Made by a program: the position numbers and the translations under genes | The notes under the pieces: generated by a model | Database searches by the model: none | Seen by the model: only the letters and a program-made list of their open reading frames with translations | What the model was told of the DNA's origin: nothing | Part shown: positions 35,195 to 44,948 of the stretch, piece after piece | Layout of the letters: each line of letters begins with the position of its first letter | Position numbering within the stretch: the first letter of the stretch is position 1 | Origin: Actinomycetota bacterium | GTDB lineage: Bacteria; Actinomycetota; Acidimicrobiia; Acidimicrobiales; Aldehydirespiratoraceae | Reading direction: 5' to 3' | Length of the DNA stretch: 64,000 nucleotides | Assembly (NCBI GenBank): GCA_039188975.1 | Contig: JBCCYT010000001.1 | Coordinates: 13,130-77,129, forward strand

Positions 35195-36550
35195 GTGGAT
35201 CACGACCTCATCATCATCGGCGGGGGTGCCGGCGGCCTGGGGGCGCTGCGAGCGGCCCTGTGGGTGGGCGCCGACGCACTCATGATCAACGACGGCCCGC
35301 CCGGGGGCGACTGCACGTTCACCGGGTGTGTCCCGTCGAAGACCCTGCTCGCTGCGGGGCGGGCCGGTGCATCCTTTGACGACGCGATGGAACGGGTCCA
35401 CGCCACCGTTGGTCGTATCGCCTCGACCGAGACGGCGGAGGTGCTGCGAGATCACGGTGCGTCTTTCATCGAAGATCGCGCCCGTATCGTCACCCACGAC
35501 ACGGTTGCGGTGGGGGAGCGGCGCATCACTGCGCCCCGCATTATCGTTGCGACCGGCGGCCGAGCGTTCGTGCCTCCGATCCCGGGCTTGTCCGAAACCC
35601 GGTATCGCACAAACGAGTCGATCTTCACCCTCGATCGACTCCCGGCCCGGCTCGGCATCATTGGTGGCGGCGCAATCGGGTGCGAGATGGCCGAGGCGTT
35701 CTCGACCCTCGGCAGTGCCGTGCATCTCTTCGAAGGTGCAAGCCGGCTCCTGCCCCGTGAGGAGCCGGCCGCCTCCGAGATCATCGAACGTGGCCTGCGC
35801 GCCCGGGGCGTGGAGGTCCGGGCCGGCACGGTCGTCGAGTCGGTTGCGGAGGGGGCCGACGGCATCGAACTCCGCGCCGACGGTTCGACGGTCGTGGTCG
35901 ACGAGTTGCTCGTCGCCGTCGGCCGGGTGCCGAACAGCCACGGCTTCGGGATCGAGGAACTCGGCGTGACGCTCGACGAGCGGGGCCACATCCAAACCGA
36001 CGATCGACTCCAGACCGATGTCAACGGCGTGTACGCGGTCGGCGATGTCACCGGAAAACTGCCGTTCACGCACGCAGCCGACGAAATGGGGCGCCTCGCC
36101 GCCGGAAATGCGCTCAAGAAGGGTCCCCGAGGTCGCTACAAGACGCACCACACCCCGTGGGTCACCTTCACCAGTCCAGAGGTCGCTCGCATCGGCGTGA
36201 CCGAATCGGAGGCCGCCGGGCGGGGCGGGCGGGTTGCTGAGCTCCCGATGAGCGAGATGGACCGTGCCATCACCGACGGGGTCGAGGAGGGGTTCATCAA
36301 GTTGATCACCGGCCCGAAGCGACTGACACGACACGCCGGCGGCGGCAACGTGATCGGCGCAACCATCGTCGGTGCTCGAGCAGGGGAGATGATCAACGAG
36401 GTCGCCCTCGCCATGCGAACCCGAGCTTTTGCGGGTCGACTCGCGCAGACCGTGCACGCCTACCCAACATGGGGCTACGGCATTCAGAAGGCCGCAGGAC
36501 AGTTGTTCGGCGACGTCGACGGCCGGACGTGGCGAAAGGCCGAAGGGTAG
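35195..36550 (+). CDS. FAD-dependent pyridine nucleotide-disulfide oxidoreductase (class I, dihydrolipoamide-dehydrogenase/mercuric-reductase-like)
   Basis: ORF 35120-36550. GTG 35195 follows AGGAGG. FAD motif LIIIGGGAGGLGA, redox disulfide GGDCTFTGCVPSK, and second Rossmann motif GIIGGGAIGCEMA. Confidence 0.85.
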   Translation: MDHDLIIIGGGAGGLGALRAALWVGADALMINDGPPGGDCTFTGCVPSKTLLAAGRAGASFDDAMERVHATVGRIASTETAEVLRDHGASFIEDRARIVTHDTVAVGERRITAPRIIVATGGRAFVPPIPGLSETRYRTNESIFTLDRLPARLGIIGGGAIGCEMAEAFSTLGSAVHLFEGASRLLPREEPAASEIIERGLRARGVEVRAGTVVESVAEGADGIELRADGSTVVVDELLVAVGRVPNSHGFGIEELGVTLDERGHIQTDDRLQTDVNGVYAVGDVTGKLPFTHAADEMGRLAAGNALKKGPRGRYKTHHTPWVTFTSPEVARIGVTESEAAGRGGRVAELPMSEMDRAITDGVEEGFIKLITGPKRLTRHAGGGNVIGATIVGARAGEMINEVALAMRTRAFAGRLAQTVHAYPTWGYGIQKAAGQLFGDVDGRTWRKAEG

Positions 36551-36553
36551 GCC

Positions 36554-36799
36554 TTACCCGACCGGCAGGTGGCTGTTCTCCCGCAGCACGTGCACAACCT
36601 GCATCCAGACGAGGTCGTACCCCTCCGCGGTGAAGCTCTCTCGCTCACGCTCGTCGTGCACGACGAAGCCACCGCTCTCGAGTCGCTCGAGCCGGTCGAC
36701 CTCCATCCAGCCGTCCTTGTTGGCACCCCGTCGATTCACGACATCGCCTTGCTGGACGTCGGCGGCACGAATCTGGACGATCTCGATCTTGCTACGCAC
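36554..36799 (-). CDS. hypothetical small protein (81 aa)
   Basis: ORF 36554-36799 with genic-looking composition. It is convergent with the oxidoreductase (3-nt gap) and divergent from the ECF sigma gene. No motif recognised. Confidence 0.45.
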   Translation of the reverse strand: MRSKIEIVQIRAADVQQGDVVNRRGANKDGWMEVDRLERLESGGFVVHDERERESFTAEGYDLVWMQVVHVLRENSHLPVG

Positions 36800-36884
36800 A
36801 TCTCCCTATCGGCACCCTGGGCTGCTCGATCGAGGGTCCGAGGACATCAAACTCTGTGGGCAATCCGTGCAAATCCACAGCTCG

Positions 36885-36898
36885 CTGAGACGTCTCAG
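36885..36898. promoter_or_regulatory. perfect 14-bp palindrome CTGAGACGTCTCAG immediately upstream of the ECF sigma start
   Basis: Read directly. It ends 5-14 nt before the candidate starts at GTG 36904 and ATG 36913. Confidence 0.35.
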
Positions 36899-36912
36899 GC
36901 AGTGTGAGAGGT

Positions 36913-37431
36913 ATGTCCACCGAGCTTGAAGCCGAGGTGATCGCCGGTGATCCGGCGGCCTTCGGGCGCTTCATTCGACTCCATGATCGGCGATTCCGCG
37001 GTGTTGCCTGGTCCGTCGTTCGCGACGCCCACCGCACCGACGACGTGATGCAAACCGCCTACGAGAAGGCGTTTCGGAGGATCGGCACCTATGACGGCAC
37101 CGCAGCACTGACCACATGGTTGCACTCGATCGTGTATCGCACGGCCCTCGACAACCTCCGGTACGAAGGTCGCCGACGGCATGAGGACGTCGATGACCTC
37201 GGCGACGTGATCGCGATCCGTCCCGACGCTGCCGCCCACGCCGTCGGGCGGATGGAGATGGACGCGGTCATGGAGGGCCTGAATCCCGGCGACCGGGCCG
37301 CGCTCATGCTGACGGCCGGGTTGGGGTTCAGCTACGACGAGGCAGCCGAGATTCTGGACGAGCGGCGCGGGACGGTCGCTTCTCGTGTCAGCCGGGCCCG
37401 GGCCCGAATTTCGAGATGGGAGCAGTCATGA
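36913..37431 (+). CDS. ECF-type RNA polymerase sigma factor (sigma-70 family, group 4)
   Basis: ORF 36904-37431. ATG 36913 follows GAGAGG. Region 2 DDVMQTAYEKAFRRIGTYDG...LTTWLHSIVYRTALDNLR. Region 4 HTH LGFSYDEAAEILDERRGTVASRVSRARARI. Confidence 0.85.
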   Translation: MSTELEAEVIAGDPAAFGRFIRLHDRRFRGVAWSVVRDAHRTDDVMQTAYEKAFRRIGTYDGTAALTTWLHSIVYRTALDNLRYEGRRRHEDVDDLGDVIAIRPDAAAHAVGRMEMDAVMEGLNPGDRAALMLTAGLGFSYDEAAEILDERRGTVASRVSRARARISRWEQS

Positions 37432-38717
37432 ACGACGACGAACTCGGTGCCTTTCTCCGTTCGGAGATTCCCGACGCTGGCGTTGGCTATTGGGACGCGA
37501 TCGACGCCCGGATCGAAGCGGCGGCGGCCGTTGAGGTTCCAAAGGTCACTCCGACGGAACCGGTGCAAACGGAGGCAGAGGTGGTGCGTCTGACAGGCAT
37601 GCAAACCACCACCGAATCTCTCCGAAACCGACGGACGCCGCTCCTTGCCGCGATGGCCGCTGCGATCGTGCTCATCGGCGGGCTCGCGTTTGTCGTCAAC
37701 CGGGGCGATGACTCGACGACGACGATCGACCCGGCGATCGACGGCTCTGCGCCCGACGACACGACCCCACCGATTACCGCGCCGACGACCACCGTTCCCA
37801 CGACTACCGCTCCCGACTCGGTGGCACCGGAACCGGCAACCCCGACCACGGTACCGACGCCGCTGCCCGGGGTTGGGCAGGAGACACTTCCCACCGTCGA
37901 GCCGTTCACGGTCGTGGCCCTCGATGGCGCCCCGACCGCGCTGAACGAGACGCCCGGATTCGGCGGTGACGGGGACGAGGTCTCCGACCCGGACGAGGTG
38001 CTCATGGCGACCGGCGTGCGGGTGCTGATCGATCATCGTGAGTGGCTGCAGGTCACCCGCACCGCAGGATTCACCGGCTGGGTCGAAGCGATCGACGTGC
38101 AGCTCACCGGCGATGAGGACACACGGGAAGGCTCCGAGCCGCTGCCGTCGACGGCTCCGGCGCAGCTCGAGGTTGGGCGAGGCGGCGAACTCGAGGTGCT
38201 GGATCAGCCCGGCTTTGTCGGAAACCAGATTGGCTCGGCGGAGATCGGCGTCACCGTGGACTTCACCGGTGAGCGGTCGCTGGCGAGCGGCTTTGAGTGG
38301 TTCGAGGTTGTCGTCGACGGTGTGACGGGCTGGGTGATGGCCAACACGGTCCAACCGATCGGCACGATCGCCTCCTCTCGAGAGTGCTACTCCGATGGAG
38401 ATGCCGTGCTGTTCCTCGACTTCACCGACGATGCCGCGACGTTCACCGGCGCCCTCGCCTATCTCGACGGCGTCGAGGCGGTCGCTGGCGTGCGCGGTGG
38501 CACGGGTTTCTTCGTTGCGACGAGTCCAATCGGGTCGGGCGAGGAGCCCGACGGGCCCATCGTGAACCAGGAGGCGTGGCAGGCGTTCGCAGAAGGGATG
38601 AGCGTCGGTGAACGGGCCTTCCTCGACTTCGTCGAATGCCCCACGGTCCAGACCGAGGTCGACCAACTCGACCGGCTGGTCGGCGGCTCCTACCCGGCGT
38701 TCCCGTTGCCGGACTGA
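37428..38717 (+). CDS. putative anti-sigma factor / membrane-anchored extracytoplasmic protein
   Basis: ORF 37416-38717. ATG 37428 overlaps the sigma stop (ATGA). Short cytoplasmic N-terminus, single TM LLAAMAAAIVLIGGLAFVV, Thr/Pro-rich linker, and two segments ending in GWV (SH3b-like). Confidence 0.6.
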   Translation: MNDDELGAFLRSEIPDAGVGYWDAIDARIEAAAAVEVPKVTPTEPVQTEAEVVRLTGMQTTTESLRNRRTPLLAAMAAAIVLIGGLAFVVNRGDDSTTTIDPAIDGSAPDDTTPPITAPTTTVPTTTAPDSVAPEPATPTTVPTPLPGVGQETLPTVEPFTVVALDGAPTALNETPGFGGDGDEVSDPDEVLMATGVRVLIDHREWLQVTRTAGFTGWVEAIDVQLTGDEDTREGSEPLPSTAPAQLEVGRGGELEVLDQPGFVGNQIGSAEIGVTVDFTGERSLASGFEWFEVVVDGVTGWVMANTVQPIGTIASSRECYSDGDAVLFLDFTDDAATFTGALAYLDGVEAVAGVRGGTGFFVATSPIGSGEEPDGPIVNQEAWQAFAEGMSVGERAFLDFVECPTVQTEVDQLDRLVGGSYPAFPLPD

Positions 38718-38761
38718 GCTCGGTTGGCCCGGACGGTATGGCTCCATCTACCGTCCGGGCC

Positions 38762-39562
38762 ATGCCTGACCTTCTCGTCGAGAAGCGCGGTCACGTGATG
38801 ATCGCCACCATGAATCGCCCCGAACGCAAGAACGCAATGACCTTGCAGATGTTCGGCCGGATGCGTGACGCGTGGAAGGAGGCGAGCGCCGACGACGAGA
38901 TTCGCTGCATCGTGTTGACCGGAACGGGTGGCGACTTCTCCGCCGGTATGGATCTGCGGTCGCTCGCCGGCGATGCAGCCGAGGCCGACGACTGGGATGT
39001 GAAGGGCGCGTTCGCCGCCGAAGGCGCAGCGTTCATCTACGAAGGTCTCACCAAGACGTACCGCCCGAGCAAGCCGATCATCGCCGCCGTCGAGGGGGTG
39101 GCGATCGCGGGTGGAACCGAGATTCTGCAAGGCACCGACATTCGGATCGCGGCGGAGTCAGCCACGTTCGGCGTCTCGGAGGTGCGCTGGTCGCTGTACC
39201 CGGCCGGCGGGTCGCCGGTGCGCTTGCCCCGTCAGATCGGCTACGCCGAGGCAGCTGACATCTTGCTCACCGGCAAGCACATCACGGCGAGCGAGGCGAA
39301 GTCGATCGGGTTGATCAGCCGGGTCGTCCCCGACGGATCAGCCCTCGACCACGCCTTGGAGGTCGCCGAGACGGTCGCTGGCAATGGCCCGCTGGCAGTG
39401 GAGGCGGTGCTGCGCACGATGCACGAGACGGTCGGGATGACCGAGGCCGAGGCGTGGGCTCACGAAAAGGAGTACGCCGACGCCGTCATGCAATCCGACG
39501 ACGCCAAGGAAGGCCCCAAGGCCTTCGCCGAAAAGCGCACCCCCAACTTCCAGCGCAAGTGA
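38762..39562 (+). CDS. enoyl-CoA hydratase/isomerase (crotonase) family protein
   Basis: ORF 38636-39562. Start at ATG 38762 (MPDLLVEKRGHVMIATMNRPERKNAM). Motifs VLTGTGGDFSAGMDL and AAVEGVAIAGGTEIL. Confidence 0.88.
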   Translation: MPDLLVEKRGHVMIATMNRPERKNAMTLQMFGRMRDAWKEASADDEIRCIVLTGTGGDFSAGMDLRSLAGDAAEADDWDVKGAFAAEGAAFIYEGLTKTYRPSKPIIAAVEGVAIAGGTEILQGTDIRIAAESATFGVSEVRWSLYPAGGSPVRLPRQIGYAEAADILLTGKHITASEAKSIGLISRVVPDGSALDHALEVAETVAGNGPLAVEAVLRTMHETVGMTEAEAWAHEKEYADAVMQSDDAKEGPKAFAEKRTPNFQRK

Positions 39563-39568
39563 TGGCGT

Positions 39569-42289
39569 TCAGCCGGTGTTACGGAGGCCGGCGGCGACGC
39601 CGTTGATGGTGAGGAGCAGGGCCCGCTGCAATCGGGCTTCCTCCGCAGGGTGCGGAACGCCGGCTCGGCTTCGGGCCAACAGGTCGACCTGGAGGATGTT
39701 GATCGGGTCGAGATAGATGTCGCGCACGTTGAGCGTGCGACGCAGGATCGGCAGATCGTCGAGCAGATCACCGCCGGTGATCTTGCTGACCTGCTCCAGC
39801 GTGAGCGCATGTTCGTTCGCGACGTCCTCGAGGATGTGGTGGATCGCCGGGTCGACCAGGTTGGTCACATAGTGACGAGCGATCGCCAGATCGGTCTTGG
39901 CGAGCGTCATCTCGACGTTGGAGATGAAGGTGCGGAAGAACTGCCAGTTCTCGTACATCTTCGCCAGCGCATCGGCATGACCGGCCTCAACCGCGGCCGA
40001 GAGGGCGGTACCCACCCCGAACCAGCCGGGGATGATTTGGCGGGACTGGGTCCAGCCGAACACCCACGGAATCGCCCGCAGATCAGAGAGGTCACCACCG
40101 CCCTTGCGGCGCGACGGACGCGACCCGATGTTCATCGCACCGAGTTCTTCAACGGGCGTTGCCGTGTTGAAGTACTCGACGAGGCCGTCCTGTTCGACGA
40201 AGCCGCGGTAGCGAGCAAACGCGGCGGTCGACATCGTTTCCATGACGTCGTTCCAGACCGCGACGTCTTCCGGCGCGTTGCGGGGCTTGCGGTGCGCGAT
40301 CGACGCCTCGACCACGGCAGAGAACGCCAGGTCGAGGTTGCGGTTGGCGATCTCTGGAAGCCCGAACTTGTCGGCGATGACTTCCCCCTGCTCGGTGGTC
40401 TTCATCGCCCCGCGAATGGCGCCCGCGGGCTGTGAGAGGATCGCCGAGTGGGTGGGGCCGCCGCCGCGGCCGACGGTACCGCCGCGGCCGTGGAAGACGG
40501 TGATCTCGACACCGCTCTCGTCGGCGACCTCGGAGATGGTGCGCAACGCCTTGTGGATCTCCCACTGTGACGTGGTGATGCCACCGTCCTTGTTGGAGTC
40601 GGAATATCCGACCATCACCTCTTGCACGTCGCCGCGGAGAGCAACGAGCTTGCGGTAGGCCGGGATCGCGAAGAGCTCGCGCAACACGGGCCCGATCGCA
40701 CGAAGGTCGCCGATGGTCTCGAACAGTGGCACGAACCCGAGCCGAGCGACGTCGGCGGACAGGTCGATCAAGCCAACATCGCGGGCGAGCACGGCGGGGG
40801 CGAGTATGTCGTCGACGCCCTGGGTCATCGAGATGATGTAGCTCTCGATGATGTCGTCGCCGTAGGCATCCATGCGCTCACGCAGCACCTGGAAGAGCTG
40901 GCGGGTCTCGTCCGAGTTGCCTGTCTGCTGCGCCGCCAGTGGCCGGGGTGATCCGAGCTCGTCGGCCAACAGAGCAGCACGGCCGGGCTTGTCGAGGTGC
41001 TCGTAGTCGGTGCCGACCGCGGCGAAGAGCGCCGACAGGGTCGCGTGATGCTTCGACGCGTGCTGGCGGATGTCGAGCGTCGCGAGATGGAACCCCACGA
41101 GATCGACGAGCCGCCGAACGCGGGCGAGTCGGCCATTGGCGATCAGCGAGCCCTCAGCCGCCATCAGGGAGCGGGCGAGGACATCGAGATCGTCAGCCAG
41201 TTCGGCCGGCCGGGTGTACGAACGAGGCCCGGGAGGCGTCTCTGCTGCTTCGAGCAGACGCTGATGCATGACCGAGAGCCGCTGCCGGTAGGGCTCCCCG
41301 GCGCTGAGCGCACGGAACCGGGCCCGGACCTTCGGAAAGGTCTCGTCGTCGGCATCGAGCTGCGCCTGGAGCTCGGGCGTGATCGTGCGAACCGCTGTCG
41401 AGATGCTGAGCTCGGCCGAAAGCTCCTCGATCTCACTGATGAGGAGCCGAAGGGCGCGGGCCCGTTGGAAATCGAGCACCTCACAGGTCGTGGCTGGCGT
41501 GACGTTGGGGTTGCCGTCGCGGTCGCCGCCAACCCACGAGCCGAACCGCAAGGGCTGGGAGCCGGGATTGAGACGAAGCCCGGTGCCGAGCGAGCGAAGC
41601 GCAGCGTCGATGTCGTCGAGTAGCTCGGGTACGCCTTCTTCGAGCATCTCTCCGAGGAAGTAGAGGATTGAGCGGGCTTCGTCGACCGGATCGGGTTTCT
41701 CGCGTCGCAGCTCGTCGGTTTGCCAGATCATGTCGAGCAGTTCGTCTATGCGGCGATCGATGCGGGCGACGACAGCGTCCTCACCCTCGGTCATGCGTTG
41801 CTCGATCAGCATCGCGATCTCGGCGAGTTTGTCGAGGATGCTGCGCCTCGACGCCTCGGTGGGGTGCGCGGTGAAGACCGGATAGAGCTGCACCTTGTTG
41901 GCGGCCGCCGCGACCTCGTCGGGCGTGAAGCCCAGCTCGACGAGACGGGCGACGGTCTCGGAGAAACGCTTCGAGGCGGTGGTGCGGTTCTCGGCGAGGT
42001 CGTCGATGCGGTGGACCTGCTCGGTGGTGTTGGCCAGATGGAAGTACGTCGTGAATGCGCGCACCAGTTCGATCGCTCGGATGACGTCGGTGTCTCCGAG
42101 TGAGTCGGTCAGCTCCTTGCCGACCGAGTCATCTCCTTCTCGCAAGGCCCGGGCGAGGGTGCGCACCTGCTCGACCTGTTCGAGTAATTCGGGGCCAACC
42201 TGGCGCACGAGCGTGTCGCCGAGCTGGCTCCCGAGCCGGCGGATGTCACGGCGGAGGGCGGCGTCGAGCTGATCGAGATCGTCGGTCAC
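39569..42289 (-). CDS. ppc: phosphoenolpyruvate carboxylase
   Basis: ORF 39569-42454. The start is limited by the upstream gene stop at 42300, so GTG 42289 or TTG 42298. Motif VFTAHPTEASRRS and canonical C-terminus GVAAGLRNTG. Confidence 0.93.
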   Translation of the reverse strand: MTDDLDQLDAALRRDIRRLGSQLGDTLVRQVGPELLEQVEQVRTLARALREGDDSVGKELTDSLGDTDVIRAIELVRAFTTYFHLANTTEQVHRIDDLAENRTTASKRFSETVARLVELGFTPDEVAAAANKVQLYPVFTAHPTEASRRSILDKLAEIAMLIEQRMTEGEDAVVARIDRRIDELLDMIWQTDELRREKPDPVDEARSILYFLGEMLEEGVPELLDDIDAALRSLGTGLRLNPGSQPLRFGSWVGGDRDGNPNVTPATTCEVLDFQRARALRLLISEIEELSAELSISTAVRTITPELQAQLDADDETFPKVRARFRALSAGEPYRQRLSVMHQRLLEAAETPPGPRSYTRPAELADDLDVLARSLMAAEGSLIANGRLARVRRLVDLVGFHLATLDIRQHASKHHATLSALFAAVGTDYEHLDKPGRAALLADELGSPRPLAAQQTGNSDETRQLFQVLRERMDAYGDDIIESYIISMTQGVDDILAPAVLARDVGLIDLSADVARLGFVPLFETIGDLRAIGPVLRELFAIPAYRKLVALRGDVQEVMVGYSDSNKDGGITTSQWEIHKALRTISEVADESGVEITVFHGRGGTVGRGGGPTHSAILSQPAGAIRGAMKTTEQGEVIADKFGLPEIANRNLDLAFSAVVEASIAHRKPRNAPEDVAVWNDVMETMSTAAFARYRGFVEQDGLVEYFNTATPVEELGAMNIGSRPSRRKGGGDLSDLRAIPWVFGWTQSRQIIPGWFGVGTALSAAVEAGHADALAKMYENWQFFRTFISNVEMTLAKTDLAIARHYVTNLVDPAIHHILEDVANEHALTLEQVSKITGGDLLDDLPILRRTLNVRDIYLDPINILQVDLLARSRAGVPHPAEEARLQRALLLTINGVAAGLRNTG

Positions 42290-42299
42290 AACGACCAAC

Positions 42300-42965
42300 C
42301 TAGCGACTCGGGTCGGGCCGCCGTCCGTGCAATCGATCGCCTTCGGAAACACCGGGCAAGGTCGGCTGCACTCCGTTGATTCCAGACCACGTGGTGTAGC
42401 GATCGAGCACGATTTCCTCGACGTCGGACCAGGTCGCCGCCCGAGGTCCGGCAAACTCTCGGTTGTAGGGCTGATCGAACACGATCAGCTCGTTGCCAGC
42501 GTTGCGTAGTGACGTGATGTTGCTCGGCGAGTCATCGATGTACAGATTGGCTTCGACCTGGGGCTTGGCGCCGAGGAAGCACAGATCTCGGTAGGGGATC
42601 CGGGCCTCGTCGAGCCATCCGACCGTGTCGGTCACCGCGGCCTGATGGCCCCAATTCACGTAGAGCCGGTGGGTGATGATGCGGATCCAGACGCCGGCGT
42701 CACTGAGCCGCCAGAGCGCCTCGGCAGCATCGGGGAAGGGTTCGAGGTGGCGAAACATGTGCTCGTCGACGACCGCGCGGCGGTGATGACGTTCGAAGTC
42801 TCCGGGACCGAATCCCCACTCGGTGAAGTCCCAGTCGCGCTCGATCGGCAAGCTCGACGGATCGACGCCGAGGTTGGCGGCAACACTCGCCTGTAAGCCG
42901 AGGGTGTAGTCGGCGCAGACGCCGTCGAGGTCGACACCAAAGATGAATGCGTCGGGGGCCGCCAT
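42300..42965 (-). CDS. HAD-superfamily 5'(3')-deoxyribonucleotidase-like (NT5C-type) protein
   Basis: ORF 42300-42965. HAD motif I FIFGVDLDGVCADY. The family assignment is by pattern only. Confidence 0.55.
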   Translation of the reverse strand: MAAPDAFIFGVDLDGVCADYTLGLQASVAANLGVDPSSLPIERDWDFTEWGFGPGDFERHHRRAVVDEHMFRHLEPFPDAAEALWRLSDAGVWIRIITHRLYVNWGHQAAVTDTVGWLDEARIPYRDLCFLGAKPQVEANLYIDDSPSNITSLRNAGNELIVFDQPYNREFAGPRAATWSDVEEIVLDRYTTWSGINGVQPTLPGVSEGDRLHGRRPDPSR

Positions 42966-42980
42966 GTCGTGTCGTCTCTC

Positions 42981-43733
42981 TCAGGCTGCGGTCAGGCCGC
43001 CGTCGGCGCTGAGGATGCTGCCGTGAATGTTGGCGGCGTCGTCACTTGCGAGGAATGCGAAGAACGCGGCGATCTGCTCGGGACTGCTGGGGTCGCGATA
43101 GCCGATGTGGTTTTGCATCAAGGAGAAGTCGATGTCGTCAGCGAGCTGGAAGTTGTGCACGAGTGGGGTGTCGATTCCTCCGGGGGCGATGGCGTTGATG
43201 CGCACCCCGGTTTTGACGAACTCCATGGCGAGGGCTCGCGTGAGATTGACGATGCCGCCCTTCGTGGCGCAATACGGGACGGTGTAGGCCTGCCCGATGA
43301 GCCCGGCGTTCGATGCGATGTTGATCAGACAGCCGCCGCGTTCGAGCAGGTGAGGCATCGTTGCCTGAGCGATGAAGAACGGTCCCTTCAGGTTGATCTC
43401 GTTCATGAGATCCCAGTCCGCCTCGGTGACGTCGGCGAGATGATGCTGGCGGGCGATGCCGGCGATGTTGCCGACGATGTCGATGCCGCCGTGTTGACGG
43501 ACACAGTCGTCGACCGCATCTCGAATCCCGTCGACGGAGCGAACGTCGACCATGCGAGCGGTGAAAATTCCGCCGTCGGACCCGATCAGATCCGCGGTCT
43601 CGGCCATGCCGGTCTCGTCGACGTCGACCCCGTAGACGGTTGCGCCTTCGCGGGCCAGCCGGATCGAGGTGGCGCGACCGACCCCGCTCGCCACGCCGGT
43701 GAGGAACGCAATCTTGTCCGTGAAACGTGTCAT
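42981..43733 (-). CDS. short-chain dehydrogenase/reductase (SDR)
   Basis: ORF 42981-43739. Start at ATG 43733. Cofactor motif FLTGVASGVGRAT and catalytic YCATKGG. Confidence 0.9.
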   Translation of the reverse strand: MTRFTDKIAFLTGVASGVGRATSIRLAREGATVYGVDVDETGMAETADLIGSDGGIFTARMVDVRSVDGIRDAVDDCVRQHGGIDIVGNIAGIARQHHLADVTEADWDLMNEINLKGPFFIAQATMPHLLERGGCLINIASNAGLIGQAYTVPYCATKGGIVNLTRALAMEFVKTGVRINAIAPGGIDTPLVHNFQLADDIDFSLMQNHIGYRDPSSPEQIAAFFAFLASDDAANIHGSILSADGGLTAA

Positions 43734-43789
43734 TGGCACGGATCGTACCGGCCTCCGAAAGGGCGGGCGATTCGATCACGACCGAGGGC

Positions 43790-44470
43790 GTGTCCTACCG
43801 TGCCCCGGTGAGCACCCCTGAACAGTTCGTCGCCGCCCTTCGCCGAGTGAATACCGCTGCCCGCGTCGGCCTGCTGGATGACCTCGAGCTCGACGCCGAT
43901 GTCGAGATGTTGCACCGGTTGGCGGAACGGATCGATGCGGTGGCCGTCGACCAACCTCGGATGCAAGCCGCGCTGACCGCGGCTGACCTCAACGACCAGA
44001 TGGCGAAGGCGCTCGTTGCCGGGACCGACGGGCGGGCCGCGCGGATTCGAGAGGTCGGCATCGAGGGGTTTTTCCCGTACAGCCCCTACGTCGGACCGCT
44101 GAACCCGATTGCGCCCCCGGTGTCTTTTCGCGTTGAGCAACGGAGCCCATTTGCGGAGGTACACGCCGAGCACCGCTTCGACCCGATCACGAACGGCCCA
44201 CCCAACGGCGTACACGGTGGTGTGATCGCGGGCGTGTTCGATGAACTGCTCGGTTGCGTTTGTGTCGTGAACGACGTGGCCGGGTTCACCGGCACGCTGA
44301 CGGTCCGCTACCGGTCTCTCACCCCGCTCGGGGAGCCGATCTCCCTGCGGGGACGAATCGACCGGGTCGAGGGGCGCAAGACCTTTGCCTCCGGCACGTT
44401 TCATCACGGCGACACCCTGTGCGCGGAAGCCGACGGCGTGTTCATTGCCGTGGAGGCACCTCGGGCGTGA
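43790..44470 (+). CDS. PaaI/hotdog-fold thioesterase family protein
   Basis: ORF 43727-44470. The ORF-track start would overlap the divergent SDR start, so GTG 43790 (or 43808) is preferred. Hotdog motif NGVHGGVIAGVFDELLG. Confidence 0.7.
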   Translation: MSYRAPVSTPEQFVAALRRVNTAARVGLLDDLELDADVEMLHRLAERIDAVAVDQPRMQAALTAADLNDQMAKALVAGTDGRAARIREVGIEGFFPYSPYVGPLNPIAPPVSFRVEQRSPFAEVHAEHRFDPITNGPPNGVHGGVIAGVFDELLGCVCVVNDVAGFTGTLTVRYRSLTPLGEPISLRGRIDRVEGRKTFASGTFHHGDTLCAEADGVFIAVEAPRA

Positions 44471-44948
44471 CCGCGGCGATGGCGTCGGCGACCACACGGT
44501 CGATCTCCTGATCGGCCGCGAGGATCACCACGTCGGGCTCGTCTCCGGGCCACTCCAGCGTCTCGAGCTGGTCGCGAAGCAGGCTCGACGGCATGAAGTG
44601 GTCGGTTCGGGTCTCGATGCGGCGCCGCAGCTCGTCCTCACGGACGTCGAGGTGCACGAACCGAATCGGGCGATCGGCAGTGTGGCGAAGCCGTTCGCGG
44701 TAGACGACCTTGAGCGCCGAACAGGCGACGACGACCTCGCGCTGGGCGAGTTCAGACCCGACCACATCGAGCCATGGCGCACGGTCGGCATCGGTCAGTG
44801 GTTCGCCGGCTCGCATCTTGGCCACGTTGGATGGCGGATGGAGATCGTCGCCGTCGACGAAGGGAATCCGGAGCGCAGTGGCCAGGCGCTGGCCGACGGC
44901 TGACTTGCCCGAAGCCGATACCCCCATGACGATGACCGGGGTCGCCAT
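44442..44948 (-). CDS. gntK: gluconokinase (GntK-type P-loop kinase)
   Basis: ORF 44442-45065. ATG 44948 (MATPVIVMGVSASGKSAVG) shares one base with the upstream stop. Pattern FVDGDDLHPPSNVAKMRAGEPLTDADRAPWL. Confidence 0.8.
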   Translation of the reverse strand: MATPVIVMGVSASGKSAVGQRLATALRIPFVDGDDLHPPSNVAKMRAGEPLTDADRAPWLDVVGSELAQREVVVACSALKVVYRERLRHTADRPIRFVHLDVREDELRRRIETRTDHFMPSSLLRDQLETLEWPGDEPDVVILAADQEIDRVVADAIAAVTPEVPPRQ

